Source: an uncultured Gammaproteobacteria bacterium (GTDB lineage: Bacteria; Patescibacteriota; Microgenomatia; UBA12405). From it: a stretch of DNA of 37,596 nucleotides. The position numbers and the translations under genes were made by a program. Where the stretch lies: assembly GCA_964516555.1 (NCBI GenBank), contig CAZFAI010000003.1, positions 1 through 37,596 of the forward strand, read 5' to 3'. The notes under the pieces are model-generated. The model did no database searches. It was not told the origin of the DNA and saw nothing but the letters and a program-made list of their open reading frames with translations. Below are positions 6,308-15,710 of this stretch, one piece after another (within the stretch, counting starts at the first letter, position 1; each line of letters starts with the position of its first letter).

Positions 6308-6535
6308 ATGAGCTCAACTTATCAAGAACAACCTACGTCTACTTCCCACCTAAAAGAAGTATTCGGCTCTACTTTCAGCTTTGTAACAATCAGAAAAATT
6401 GGAGACAGAAATCAAGTTACCTCCACCGATGAGCTAACTGCAATTTCTGCCTGTAGAAGATGTAGCTTTTATAACCAAGAAGATTGCTCAGAAATTATCG
6501 GCACAGACGCCTGCCTGCTTACAAGAAAACGTTAA
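6308..6535 (+). CDS. hypothetical 75-aa protein with a C-terminal 4-Cys cluster
   Basis: ORF with a TTAAAT box 5 nt upstream. Ends CRRCSFYNQEDCSEIIGTDAC. Overlaps the convergent topA stop by 4 nt. Confidence 0.3.
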   Translation: MSSTYQEQPTSTSHLKEVFGSTFSFVTIRKIGDRNQVTSTDELTAISACRRCSFYNQEDCSEIIGTDACLLTRKR

Positions 6536-8526
6536 GGCTTCTTCCATCCGGCCCACTTACACTTGGGATAATTACTGCAACCAAAAAATTTTCTGCCTGT
6601 TTTGGTCCGCTTTATTACCCCCTCTGCACCACACTCAGGACACTTAAATCCGGCCGATTCCTTAAATTGCGCCGTATATTTACAATCCGGAAATCTCGAA
6701 CAGGATATAAATTTACCAAACCTGCCCACCCTGATTACCAAATCTCCTTCTTTGCATTCCGGACACTTCTCTCCTAATTTTTCCGTCTCCACTTTTACTC
6801 TCTCGGCATTCTTTTCAGCCGATTTAACTTCCTTTTCAAATCCTTTCCAAAACACTTTTACCATTTTTTTCCAATCCAGCTTTCCCAGCGAAACTTCATC
6901 TAAGTTTTCCTCCATTCCGGCAGTAAATGGCAAAGAAAGTATGTCCTCAAAATTTTTTACCAAAAAATCATTTGTCGCCATCCCCAATGTCGTCGGCTTA
7001 AACTTACCCTCGTCTTTTTCTACATATTGCCTTTGTTGAATAGTTGAAATAATTGGGGCATAAGTACTCGGCCGTCCGATCCCCTGTCTTTCCAATGAAG
7101 CTACCAAGCTAGCATCAGTGTACCTTGGCGGTGGATTTGTCTCTGTTTTGTCGTAAGTGATTTTCTTTTTATCCACCAATTCGCCTTCTTTCAATTCTGG
7201 TAGTATTTGGTCCTCATGTTTATCTCCTGAGATTCTCATATAACCATCAAACAACATTCTTACTCCCTTCGATTGGAACAACCCTGTTCCGTTTGATAGT
7301 GTAATTGTCGTATTTTCCATTCTGGCCGCCGCTGCCTGAGTAGCCACCGCCCTCCTCCAGATTGTTTCATACAATCTCCTCTCTCGGCCATCACCTTCCG
7401 GCAATGTCTTTAAGCTTGCACTGGTTGGCCTGATTGCCTCATGAGCTTCCTGAGCATTTTTTGCCGTGTTTTTATAAACCCTAACCTTGGGTGATAAATA
7501 TTCCTTTCCGTATTCCTTTTCGATAAACTTACGGAAATCCTCAATCGCTTTTCCCGATAAATAGACTGAATCTGTCCGATGGTAAGTTATAAGTCCTCTT
7601 TCGTAAAGCCTCTGGGCTACACTCATTGTCTGCTTACCGGACCAGCCAAATCTTCTGGCAGCCATCTGTTGTAATTTCGATGTTGTAAATGCCGGTAGGG
7701 GTGATCGCCCTACTTCCCGCCCAACTACTTTTTCGACCCTAAATTCTTTGCCCAAAGAATTTACAAAATCATCAACAGTCCTCTGGTCACTAAAAATGGT
7801 TTTACCAAAAGAGTATTCGCCATCAAACAACTTAATCTTTTCATTTTTATTAATATTTTTTCCTTCCACTTTCACCAAATCTGCTCTAAACAATTCCTTA
7901 CCTTTTTTTAAGTCCGCCCATATCTTGAAATATTCTTCCCTTAAAAATTTTTCAATTTCCCGCTCCCTCTCCACTATCAACCTAACCGCAACTGACTGAA
8001 CCCTACCCGCAGACAAACCCCTGCGCACCTTCTTCCACAATACTGGCGACAAACTATACCCCACCACCCGATCCAATACCCTTCTCCCCTGCTGGGCATC
8101 AACCAAAAAATTATCTACATCTCTAGGCTCTTTTATCGCCTCCTCAACTGCCTGCTTGGTAATTTCATGAAAACTAACACGGTGAATATCCGCTTCATTT
8201 TTCTTTTTTTTCTTATCAAAATTCTCGATCAACCATTTCACATGCCAGGCAATTGCCTCACCTTCGCGATCAGGGTCTGTTGCAATATATATGGATTTTG
8301 CCCCATTTGCAGCCGACATTAACTCCGAAACAACCTTTTTCTTATCCGGACTAACTACATAATCAACATCAAAATTTTCCAGATTCACTCCCATTTTACT
8401 GGAAGGTAAATCCCTTATATGACCCACCGTTGCCAAAACTTGATAATCCTTGCCCAAATACTTTCCTATCGTCCTGGCCTTAGTCGGAGACTCCACTACT
8501 AATAATTTTTTTTGCATATCTGCCAT
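6532..8526 (-). CDS. topA: DNA topoisomerase I
   Basis: TOPRIM N-terminus (LLVVESPTKARTIGKYLG), an active-site region (GLITYHRTDS) and C-terminal Cys4 zinc ribbons. Confidence 0.95.
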   Translation of the reverse strand: MADMQKKLLVVESPTKARTIGKYLGKDYQVLATVGHIRDLPSSKMGVNLENFDVDYVVSPDKKKVVSELMSAANGAKSIYIATDPDREGEAIAWHVKWLIENFDKKKKKNEADIHRVSFHEITKQAVEEAIKEPRDVDNFLVDAQQGRRVLDRVVGYSLSPVLWKKVRRGLSAGRVQSVAVRLIVEREREIEKFLREEYFKIWADLKKGKELFRADLVKVEGKNINKNEKIKLFDGEYSFGKTIFSDQRTVDDFVNSLGKEFRVEKVVGREVGRSPLPAFTTSKLQQMAARRFGWSGKQTMSVAQRLYERGLITYHRTDSVYLSGKAIEDFRKFIEKEYGKEYLSPKVRVYKNTAKNAQEAHEAIRPTSASLKTLPEGDGRERRLYETIWRRAVATQAAAARMENTTITLSNGTGLFQSKGVRMLFDGYMRISGDKHEDQILPELKEGELVDKKKITYDKTETNPPPRYTDASLVASLERQGIGRPSTYAPIISTIQQRQYVEKDEGKFKPTTLGMATNDFLVKNFEDILSLPFTAGMEENLDEVSLGKLDWKKMVKVFWKGFEKEVKSAEKNAERVKVETEKLGEKCPECKEGDLVIRVGRFGKFISCSRFPDCKYTAQFKESAGFKCPECGAEGVIKRTKTGRKFFGCSNYPKCKWAGWKKP

Positions 8527-8564
8527 TGTCCTATTATCTTAACACCCCTGTCAAGCTCCAAAGT

Positions 8565-8819
8565 CTATCGACAAAATTCCATACCGGTTAATTCCTGTCC
8601 TTCCTTGTCGTAAACATAAAGACTAATTCTGCTACCTTTTGGATAAGCTTCCATAAATGCCTGGATTCGTCCAGATCTCCAATGAGGATCATTAAATCTA
8701 AAAATTTCACCTCCCTCTTTTGATCCTGCCACCAATACTACTCTATTTTCCGAACTCCCAATTACCTGACTAACTTGTCTGATTTGTGCCTGCCTTTGTA
8801 ATATCTCTTTAATTTTCAT
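8565..8819 (-). CDS. hypothetical 84-aa protein between dprA and topA
   Basis: ORF whose start overlaps the dprA stop by 4 nt (ATGA-type coupling). No recognisable motif. Confidence 0.5.
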   Translation of the reverse strand: MKIKEILQRQAQIRQVSQVIGSSENRVVLVAGSKEGGEIFRFNDPHWRSGRIQAFMEAYPKGSRISLYVYDKEGQELTGMEFCR

Positions 8820-9460
8820 ATCTGGCTTATCATATCATCAATATCGAAAACCGGTACAGCCCCATTATTTATCAAATAATTCGGTGTCCAACTATTCTCA
8901 TCGTCAATCCTTCCGGGAACAGCCCATACTTCCCTTCCATAGTCTAAAGCCAATCTGGCAGTTACCAAAGTCCCACTCCGCTTTCCGCCTTCAACAATAA
9001 TTACTATTGAACACAAACCGGCCACAATCCTGTTCCTCTCCAAAAATTTTACCCGACTCGCCTGTCTACCATCCGAATATTCGGAAATTATTAAACCGTC
9101 TTTTTTCAAAATACTTTCATATATATCCCCATTACTCTTCGGACTAACCACATCCACCCCGCTTGCCAACACGGCAATTGTCTTTCCACCACACTCCAGG
9201 CACACCCTGTGCACCTCCGCATCCACTCCAAGTGCCATCCCCGACACCACAACCACCTCTCTTTTTACCAATTCGGGTACTAGCATTCCAACTACTTTTT
9301 TCCCGTAACTGCTCATTTTTCTGCTGCCAACTACAGCCACCAATTTCGGAAAAATCAACAAACTACTGTTTCCTAAGCAATACAAACCTTTCAGGCTATC
9401 AGGAATCTGTTTTAACAACTTCGGATAATCTTCATCATCAGCATATATCCAATTACTCAT
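8816..9460 (-). CDS. dprA: DNA processing protein DprA/Smf (Rossmann-fold core only)
   Basis: GMALGVDAEVHRVCLECGGKTIAVLASGVD and RNRIVAGL motifs. Start set at MSNWIY (9460), which overlaps the mrdA stop by 8 nt. Confidence 0.85.
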   Translation of the reverse strand: MSNWIYADDEDYPKLLKQIPDSLKGLYCLGNSSLLIFPKLVAVVGSRKMSSYGKKVVGMLVPELVKREVVVVSGMALGVDAEVHRVCLECGGKTIAVLASGVDVVSPKSNGDIYESILKKDGLIISEYSDGRQASRVKFLERNRIVAGLCSIVIIVEGGKRSGTLVTARLALDYGREVWAVPGRIDDENSWTPNYLINNGAVPVFDIDDMISQI

Positions 9461-11120
9461 TCTCTTTTTCAATACTATATATAACCTTACCGTTTTCATC
9501 ATAACGGGGTACTATAGTATCAGTCTCTTCAAACCACTCCTTCAGAATATCCCCTACAATTGGCGCTGCTACATCCGACCCTTCGCCACCTCTTTCGACC
9601 ATTACCGTAATTGAAATTTCCGGATTATCAATCGGAGCATATGCAGTCAACCAGGCATGAGAATCCTTGCTTCCGTCTCCCACCTCTGCTGTCCCCGTCT
9701 TACAGGCAATCGGCGTTTTAAAATTAAAAAGCGGCCACGCTGTCCCCCCTTCTACGCAAGCCCTTGTCATTCCCTCAGATACTGCTTCCCGAGTATCCCT
9801 GCTAATTTTCAAATCAACACAATTTTTCTCTTTGTCTTTATTTAAAGTCAGGTCACACCTTACTCCATTGTTTGCAATTACATTTGTCATCAAATTCACT
9901 TGTAACGGCGTCACATCTAAATCTCCCTGGCCTATAGCCAAATGGTAAGAATTACCAAGGTACCACCTCTCCCCTTTTACCTGTCTCTTCCATTCATCAT
10001 CAGGGACTATACCGGGTAACTCGCCGATTAACTCTACCCCGGTCTTCTCTCCATAGCCAAAACTCAGTGCCCATTTTTTTATCAAATCAGGACCCAACTT
10101 TTCTCCCAGTCTGTAAAAATATATGTCATTTGATCTTTGCAGAGCCTTCACCACATCAACCATTCCATCAGTCTCACCTCGCTTAGTCCACAGCCAATTG
10201 TTATAAGAATAATCACCCACTTTAATAGAACCCGTGTCCTCAATTAGTGTATTCCTGTCAATCAATTTATCTTCCATCCCGGCAGTCGACACAACAACCT
10301 TGAACACCGATCCGGGATGATACCGGGCTGCTATTGCCCTATTTAACAATGGCAAATTTTCACGATCGGAAAGGTATTTGCTTATTGCCACACTGTCTCT
10401 CATATACGAAAAATGGTTAGGATCAAAAGATGGCGAGGACACCATGGCTATAATCTTACCCGTAGCAGGTTCACTCATTATCACTACCACTTTCTTACCC
10501 TGAATCATTTTGAATATCTTATCTTGCCAAAAAGCGTCAACCGTTAAGTTTAAATCCTCTCCGGCCATAGGTTCCTGCCTACCCAACTCTCTGACATAAT
10601 TCCCCTTAGCATCCACCTCTATCAGACGTCTCCCGTCCTCTCCTCTCAACTCACAATCAAAATACTCCTCTACTCCTCCCCTCCCGATGTTGTCATGTTG
10701 ATCTAGCTTAACTTTGCAATTATCTAAATTAATATCTTCACCATCAGCTTTGGCTACATAACCACTTACAAAAGCCATAGATTCGCCATAAGGATATTGT
10801 CTTTTTAAATCATAGGCCAAATCCTTACCCTCAAACTTATATCCCTTAAAATCTCCCCCCTCCTCATAGACTTTTTCATCACCGTTAAGCCGAAAATATT
10901 GGTATACGCTTTGACCCACCACCCTACCTTTTCTGTCCAAAATTTTACCTCTGCCGGCAGGAATTTCTGTTTCATACACTTTATTGTCCCGAGCTAGACT
11001 TCGATAGTAGCCTCCTCGAATCACCATCAACCTAAATATTGCCGACATTAACAAACCCAAGCTCAGTATTAAACCCAACTTAATCAACCAGTATTTCCAA
11101 GACATTGTCTCCTGATTCAT
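9453..11120 (-). CDS. mrdA: penicillin-binding protein 2 (elongasome transpeptidase)
   Basis: N-terminal TM helix and the SxxK (GSVFK), SxN (RSNDIYF) and KTG (KTGTAE) motifs. Lies directly downstream of mreB. Confidence 0.9.
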   Translation of the reverse strand: MNQETMSWKYWLIKLGLILSLGLLMSAIFRLMVIRGGYYRSLARDNKVYETEIPAGRGKILDRKGRVVGQSVYQYFRLNGDEKVYEEGGDFKGYKFEGKDLAYDLKRQYPYGESMAFVSGYVAKADGEDINLDNCKVKLDQHDNIGRGGVEEYFDCELRGEDGRRLIEVDAKGNYVRELGRQEPMAGEDLNLTVDAFWQDKIFKMIQGKKVVVIMSEPATGKIIAMVSSPSFDPNHFSYMRDSVAISKYLSDRENLPLLNRAIAARYHPGSVFKVVVSTAGMEDKLIDRNTLIEDTGSIKVGDYSYNNWLWTKRGETDGMVDVVKALQRSNDIYFYRLGEKLGPDLIKKWALSFGYGEKTGVELIGELPGIVPDDEWKRQVKGERWYLGNSYHLAIGQGDLDVTPLQVNLMTNVIANNGVRCDLTLNKDKEKNCVDLKISRDTREAVSEGMTRACVEGGTAWPLFNFKTPIACKTGTAEVGDGSKDSHAWLTAYAPIDNPEISITVMVERGGEGSDVAAPIVGDILKEWFEETDTIVPRYDENGKVIYSIEKENE

Positions 11121-11121
11121 A

Positions 11122-12297
11122 TTAACCTAAACCGGATACTAACTTAATCTGATTAAAAAGCATTCTATTTTGCAATAATTCCCCGCACCCCCGGATAACA
11201 CACATCCCCGGATCATCAGTCACCCTGGTAATAATCCTTGTTTTCTTCTCGATAAGTTCATCAAGGCCACGCATCAATGATCCCTCTCCCACCATAATAA
11301 TTCCTCTTTTCAATATATCTTCCATCATATCAGGTGGTGTCTCATCCAGCACCTCACTCACCGTCCTAACAATCTTTGCCACATCCAAGCTTAGTGCCTC
11401 TCTAATTTCACTTTCTTTTATCTTAATTGATTTTGGCAACCCTGTTTCCAAGTCTCTCCCCCTTATTACCGCACTTTTTTCTTTCTCTCCCAATTCTTCG
11501 GCCACATTGGCCAATTCAATCTTTACTCTTTCTGCACTGTTTTTACCAATCAATAAACCATATTTCATCTTTACATAATTTAGAATTGATTCATCAAAAT
11601 CCTCACCCGCCACCCGAACAGATTTCCCTAAAACAATTCCACCCATCGACACTACCGTGACCTCCGTCTTTCCTCCACCCACGTCCACTATCACCAATCC
11701 ACTTGAATTGTCAGTTACCAAACCCAAGCCAATTGCCGCCAAAACCGCCTCCTCAATTAATATCACTTCTCTTGCTCCCGACTTCAAAAATATTGATCTT
11801 ACTGCCCTCTTCTGAACATTACTTATAAAACTTGGGACTCCAACCAATACTCGTGGTTTAAATATTTTCACTCCTTTACTGGGAATTTCATACAACAATT
11901 TCATATAATAAGTAATCAACATTTCCGCCGCTTCCATATCGTTTATTATTCCGTTTTTCAAAGGTTTTACTACTTCGATTTGTCCGGGCTCCCTGTTTAT
12001 CATCTCTTTGGCTTTGTAACCAAAAGCTATAGGACCCACAAAACCTCTTTTAGGTGCTGACAAACCCGTCCACCTCTTTTTCTTTTGCCTAGCCACAATC
12101 GAAGGCTCATCAATTACCACCCCCCTATCCTTAAGATAAACTTTTACGTTGCTGCTCCCCAAATCAACTCCAATGTCCCAACTTAATAAAGACAAAACAC
12201 TACTTATTTTTGATTTACTTTTGGAGAAGCTAACCACTGTAAAAGTATAGCAAAAGCCAAGTATACTATATAACATGGAAAAGATTGTCCGAATCAT
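11122..12297 (-). CDS. mreB: rod shape-determining protein MreB with a hydrophobic N-terminal extension
   Basis: Actin-fold motifs (IGVDLGSSNVKVY, VIVDVGGGKTEV). TAGGAG lies 6 nt before the ATG at 12297. The start is uncertain. Confidence 0.85.
   Translation of the reverse strand: MIRTIFSMLYSILGFCYTFTVVSFSKSKSKISSVLSLLSWDIGVDLGSSNVKVYLKDRGVVIDEPSIVARQKKKRWTGLSAPKRGFVGPIAFGYKAKEMINREPGQIEVVKPLKNGIINDMEAAEMLITYYMKLLYEIPSKGVKIFKPRVLVGVPSFISNVQKRAVRSIFLKSGAREVILIEEAVLAAIGLGLVTDNSSGLVIVDVGGGKTEVTVVSMGGIVLGKSVRVAGEDFDESILNYVKMKYGLLIGKNSAERVKIELANVAEELGEKEKSAVIRGRDLETGLPKSIKIKESEIREALSLDVAKIVRTVSEVLDETPPDMMEDILKRGIIMVGEGSLMRGLDELIEKKTRIITRVTDDPGMCVIRGCGELLQNRMLFNQIKLVSGLG
12262..12267 (+). promoter_or_regulatory. 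-10 box (TATACT) 7 nt upstream of the ATG at 12275
   Basis: Reads TATACT-atataac-ATG. Confidence 0.4.
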
Positions 12298-14233
12298 AAA
12301 ATACTCCTATCTCATATTGTTCTTTTTTACCCCCTTCATCGTGTCCTCCCACAACTCCGAACTCTTCGAACTACCAAAAATGCACTTTGTCTACCTAACT
12401 ACCGGCCTGATATTTTCTCTACATCTTATTAATGTAATGGGTTATCGGCTTCCCTTGTTCCGGAGAACTACACTTCATTTACCGCTTCTGCTTTTCCTTC
12501 TTTCTCAAACTATCTCCACCATCCTATCTATCGATCCCCACACCTCCCTTTATGGTTATTATTCCCGGCTAAATGGCGGTCTTCTCTCTCTTCTATCTTT
12601 TTCCGCCCTCTATTCAATTGCTGTTATCTACTTTGATACCAAATTCCAAAAAACTATTGTCAATACTTTTCTCCTTTCTGGTTCCTTCGTTGCCCTCTAC
12701 GGTATCTCGCAACACTTTGGCATTGACAAGCATCTTTGGGTTCAGGATGTTCAGGCTCGGGTTTTTTCCACTTTAGGCCAACCAAATTGGTTAGCTGCTT
12801 ATCTTTGTATTTTATTACCCTTTGCTCTCCACAAATATTTTTCTGCCAAATCATTAGTTCACCGATCATACTTTTTACTCACAACTTTCAGTCTCTACTT
12901 ATGCCTCCTATTTACCAAATCCAAATCCGGAATTCTGGCCGCCGGCATTTCCTTGTTAATTTACTTCTCAATTCATACTATCCGCCAGCTTCGCCTGCAC
13001 CAATTTAAAACTACTATAATTTTTCCGGCTTTGCTTTTTGTAATTTTATCTTTTTGGGTCAAAAATCCCATCCGTGACCTAGTAATTTCCGATACCCAAT
13101 CCTCCCCGCCGGTAGACACATCCCTCAACATCACTCCCTCACAAGACATCAGAAAAATTGTGTGGCAGGGATCAATCGACCTGTGGCGCCAGTTTCCACT
13201 TTTCGGAACCGGTACTGAAACTTTTGCCTACTCCTATTACTGGACCCGTCCTGTTTCACACAATCTCACCTCTGAATGGGATTTTCTATACAACAAAGCC
13301 CACAACGAATATTTAAACTATCTTTCCACCACTGGTACCCTGGGATTGCTCACCTATTCACTATTAATCATCTTAACTCTCGTCAACTTAACCAAAAAAT
13401 CTTTTTCCGAAGCAAACAAGTTTGCCCTGCCAGCCCTGGCCGCATTTATTAGCATTCTGGTAACCAACTTTGCCGGTTTTTCTGTAACTATAGTTTCCCT
13501 CTTTTTTTTCCTCCTCTACTCATTCACACTTGATCCCCTTCCCCCCAATAAAAATAACCGTTTTTCTTTAATTGGTCTGACTCCCTTTATTCTCTTATAT
13601 CTCACAACTCGCCTAGTTCTTTTTTCCTATCTTGCCGACATCACTTTTGCCCAATCCCAAACGCTGGATTCGCAAAACGATTACCAATCAGCCTTTGACA
13701 GTCTTGAAAAGTCCATCTACTACAAAAACGACCCTCTCTACCACAGCAAAATTTCCTCCCTGGCCGCCAAATTAGTAGTCACCACCCCTGATCCTCAAAC
13801 AAAACAATATTATCTCGAAAAATCCATAAGTCACTCTGATTATTCAATACATGTCTCTCCGGCCAATACTTCCTTCTGGAAAGAGCGGGCACAAACTTTC
13901 TACTACCTCTCATCAACCAACACTGACTATTTTATGGAAAGTATTGAATCTCTTCTAAAAGTAACCAAATTAGCCCCCACTGATGCCAAAACATACTATT
14001 TAATTGGAAAATTTCTGGAATCCGTCGACCAGTATGACGATGCCACCACTTATTATCAACAAGCCATAATTCTCAAACCAAATTACGACCATGCCCTTTT
14101 TAATTTAGCCCATATTTATTACCAGCAAAAAGATTCCGCCAAAGCTATTCAATATCTGGAACTGACTCTAAAATATGCTCCAAACAATTTAGAAGCAGCA
14201 CAACTGCTAAACGAGCTCAAAGATTCCCCTTAA
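12275..14233 (+). CDS. O-antigen ligase/polymerase-like (Wzy_C) polytopic membrane protein with C-terminal TPR repeats
   Basis: About 12 hydrophobic helices, a loop with FGTGTETFAYSY and NKAHNEYL, and C-terminal TPR-like repeats (YYLIGKFLESVDQYDDATTYYQQAIILKPNYDHALFNLAHIY). Confidence 0.8.
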   Translation: MEKIVRIIKYSYLILFFFTPFIVSSHNSELFELPKMHFVYLTTGLIFSLHLINVMGYRLPLFRRTTLHLPLLLFLLSQTISTILSIDPHTSLYGYYSRLNGGLLSLLSFSALYSIAVIYFDTKFQKTIVNTFLLSGSFVALYGISQHFGIDKHLWVQDVQARVFSTLGQPNWLAAYLCILLPFALHKYFSAKSLVHRSYFLLTTFSLYLCLLFTKSKSGILAAGISLLIYFSIHTIRQLRLHQFKTTIIFPALLFVILSFWVKNPIRDLVISDTQSSPPVDTSLNITPSQDIRKIVWQGSIDLWRQFPLFGTGTETFAYSYYWTRPVSHNLTSEWDFLYNKAHNEYLNYLSTTGTLGLLTYSLLIILTLVNLTKKSFSEANKFALPALAAFISILVTNFAGFSVTIVSLFFFLLYSFTLDPLPPNKNNRFSLIGLTPFILLYLTTRLVLFSYLADITFAQSQTLDSQNDYQSAFDSLEKSIYYKNDPLYHSKISSLAAKLVVTTPDPQTKQYYLEKSISHSDYSIHVSPANTSFWKERAQTFYYLSSTNTDYFMESIESLLKVTKLAPTDAKTYYLIGKFLESVDQYDDATTYYQQAIILKPNYDHALFNLAHIYYQQKDSAKAIQYLELTLKYAPNNLEAAQLLNELKDSP

Positions 14234-14798
14234 CCACCTCGTCTACATCCCAATCCACTAACTTGCCACCCACTTCCTTAAAAAACTTTCCACCATCGCG
14301 CTTAATGTGATCCACAAACAATACCCCATCCAAATGGTCTGACTCGTGCTGAAAAACAACAGCGGCAAACCCTTCCAATGTATTCTTCTTTTCAACCAAC
14401 AAACCCTCCTCAATTTCCATCCAGGAAGCATCTATCTTCAAGTACCTTTTTACCGTTCCAAAATATCCCGGAAACGAAAGACACCCTTCCAAAAAATTCT
14501 CCTTCTTTTCTTCCTTTCCTTCATCTTTATTCATAAAAACAATATAGTCCTTACTCCCATAAGTCTTTTCAATTGTTGGGTTTATAAAAACACTTATCTT
14601 GTTAGTCCTGGGATCTTTCTTTGCAAACAATCTGGAACTTAGCCCAACCTGTGTTGCAGCCAAACCCGCCCCATTTTCACTTTTTGTCAACATATCACTA
14701 ATTATCGTTATATCCTCAATCAACCCGCCACTAACTTCTTCAACCGGCCTCACTTTTTGACGCAGACTCTTATTAGGATATATTTTAAGTTCCTTCAT
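14217..14798 (-). CDS. def: peptide deformylase
   Basis: The three Def motifs are present: GAGLAATQVG, EGCLSFPG and QHESDHLDG. Start set at MKELKIYP (14798), which has TAAAAT 8 nt upstream. Confidence 0.9.
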   Translation of the reverse strand: MKELKIYPNKSLRQKVRPVEEVSGGLIEDITIISDMLTKSENGAGLAATQVGLSSRLFAKKDPRTNKISVFINPTIEKTYGSKDYIVFMNKDEGKEEKKENFLEGCLSFPGYFGTVKRYLKIDASWMEIEEGLLVEKKNTLEGFAAVVFQHESDHLDGVLFVDHIKRDGGKFFKEVGGKLVDWDVDEVVKGNL

Positions 14799-14806
14799 TA
14801 CTGTAT

Positions 14807-14812
14807 ATTTTA
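14807..14812 (-). promoter_or_regulatory. -10 box (TAAAAT) 8 nt upstream of the def ATG
   Basis: Minus strand reads TAAAAT-atacagta-ATG. Confidence 0.45.
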
Positions 14813-14834
14813 TCAAATTTACTCATATTTAAGT

Positions 14835-14840
14835 TATAAT
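14835..14840 (+). promoter_or_regulatory. -10 box (TATAAT) 6 nt upstream of the fmt ATG
   Basis: Reads TATAAT-ttacca-ATG. It is divergent from the def promoter within a 48-bp spacer. Confidence 0.5.
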
Positions 14841-14846
14841 TTACCA

Positions 14847-15710
14847 ATGCAACGACTGATTTTTTTTGGTTCATCCGTCTACTCGGTTATTATTCTTAAG
14901 TCCCTAATAAAAATTAATGATTTTTCGGTCATTTCTGTTGTTTCCAAACCGGACAAGCCAACCGGCAGAAAACAGCAAATCGTCCCCAACCCCGTTGCCC
15001 TGTTTACGGCAGAAGCCAAAATACCTCTTCTTCAACCCCTGGATTTCGATCAAGAATTTATCGAAAACTACCGCCAAATGAGTCCGGATTTGGTTTTAGT
15101 CGTTGCTTATGGTCCACCCTATTTTACTCAGGAAATGATTGATATTCCCAAATACAAAGTCGTCAACGTCCACCCCTCTCCGCTTCCCGCATATCGTGGC
15201 GCCACACCAGGTCCCTGGCAGATCATAAATGGTGAAACCGAAAGTGCCGTTACTTTTTTTCAAATAGATGAAAAGCCTGACCACGGTCCGATAATTGCCC
15301 AAATCCCTTTTTCGATCTCCCCAAACGAGACCTCCGAAACTTTTTACGACAAAGCCTTTAAATTGGCCGCTGACAATCTGGAATCAGTTCTTAAATCCTA
15401 TATCACCAATCCCGGCAATCTTAGCCCTCAGGATCACTCAAGGCGCAGTTATTTCCCCAAATTATCCAAAGAAAGTGGCAAGATTGACTGGTCCCAAAAC
15501 CCTGCCATAATTGAACGCTTTGTCCGTGCACTCCGACCCTGGCCAATCGCCTGGACTTTCGTTACAACAAATAGCAATAACAAATTAACCATGAAAATTT
15601 TCTCGGGAAACATTAAAGATAATCAGTTTATTCCCCATCAAGTTCAAATCGAAGGGAAAAAAATATCATCTTGGGACCAAATTAGCGACTACTATACAAT
15701 TACTCCTTAA
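14847..15710 (+). CDS. fmt: methionyl-tRNA formyltransferase
   Basis: VVAYGPPYF and NVHPSPLPAYRGATP motifs. Divergent def-fmt pairing. Start set at MQRLIFFGSS. Confidence 0.9.
   Translation: MQRLIFFGSSVYSVIILKSLIKINDFSVISVVSKPDKPTGRKQQIVPNPVALFTAEAKIPLLQPLDFDQEFIENYRQMSPDLVLVVAYGPPYFTQEMIDIPKYKVVNVHPSPLPAYRGATPGPWQIINGETESAVTFFQIDEKPDHGPIIAQIPFSISPNETSETFYDKAFKLAADNLESVLKSYITNPGNLSPQDHSRRSYFPKLSKESGKIDWSQNPAIIERFVRALRPWPIAWTFVTTNSNNKLTMKIFSGNIKDNQFIPHQVQIEGKKISSWDQISDYYTITP

Noticed and set aside
6484-7039. Plus-strand ORFs of 97 aa and 145 aa
   Set aside because: They are antisense shadows of topA. Many other track ORFs on the strand opposite a strong gene look the same and are rejected for the same reason: 144-338, 761-988, 1303-1617, 1815-2148, 4548-4880, 7748-7999, 9163-9504, 9657-9948, 11427-11660, 14346-14642, 21110-21634, 22454-22714, 23141-23467, 33122-33418, 34623-34913, 35140-35466, 37141-37353.
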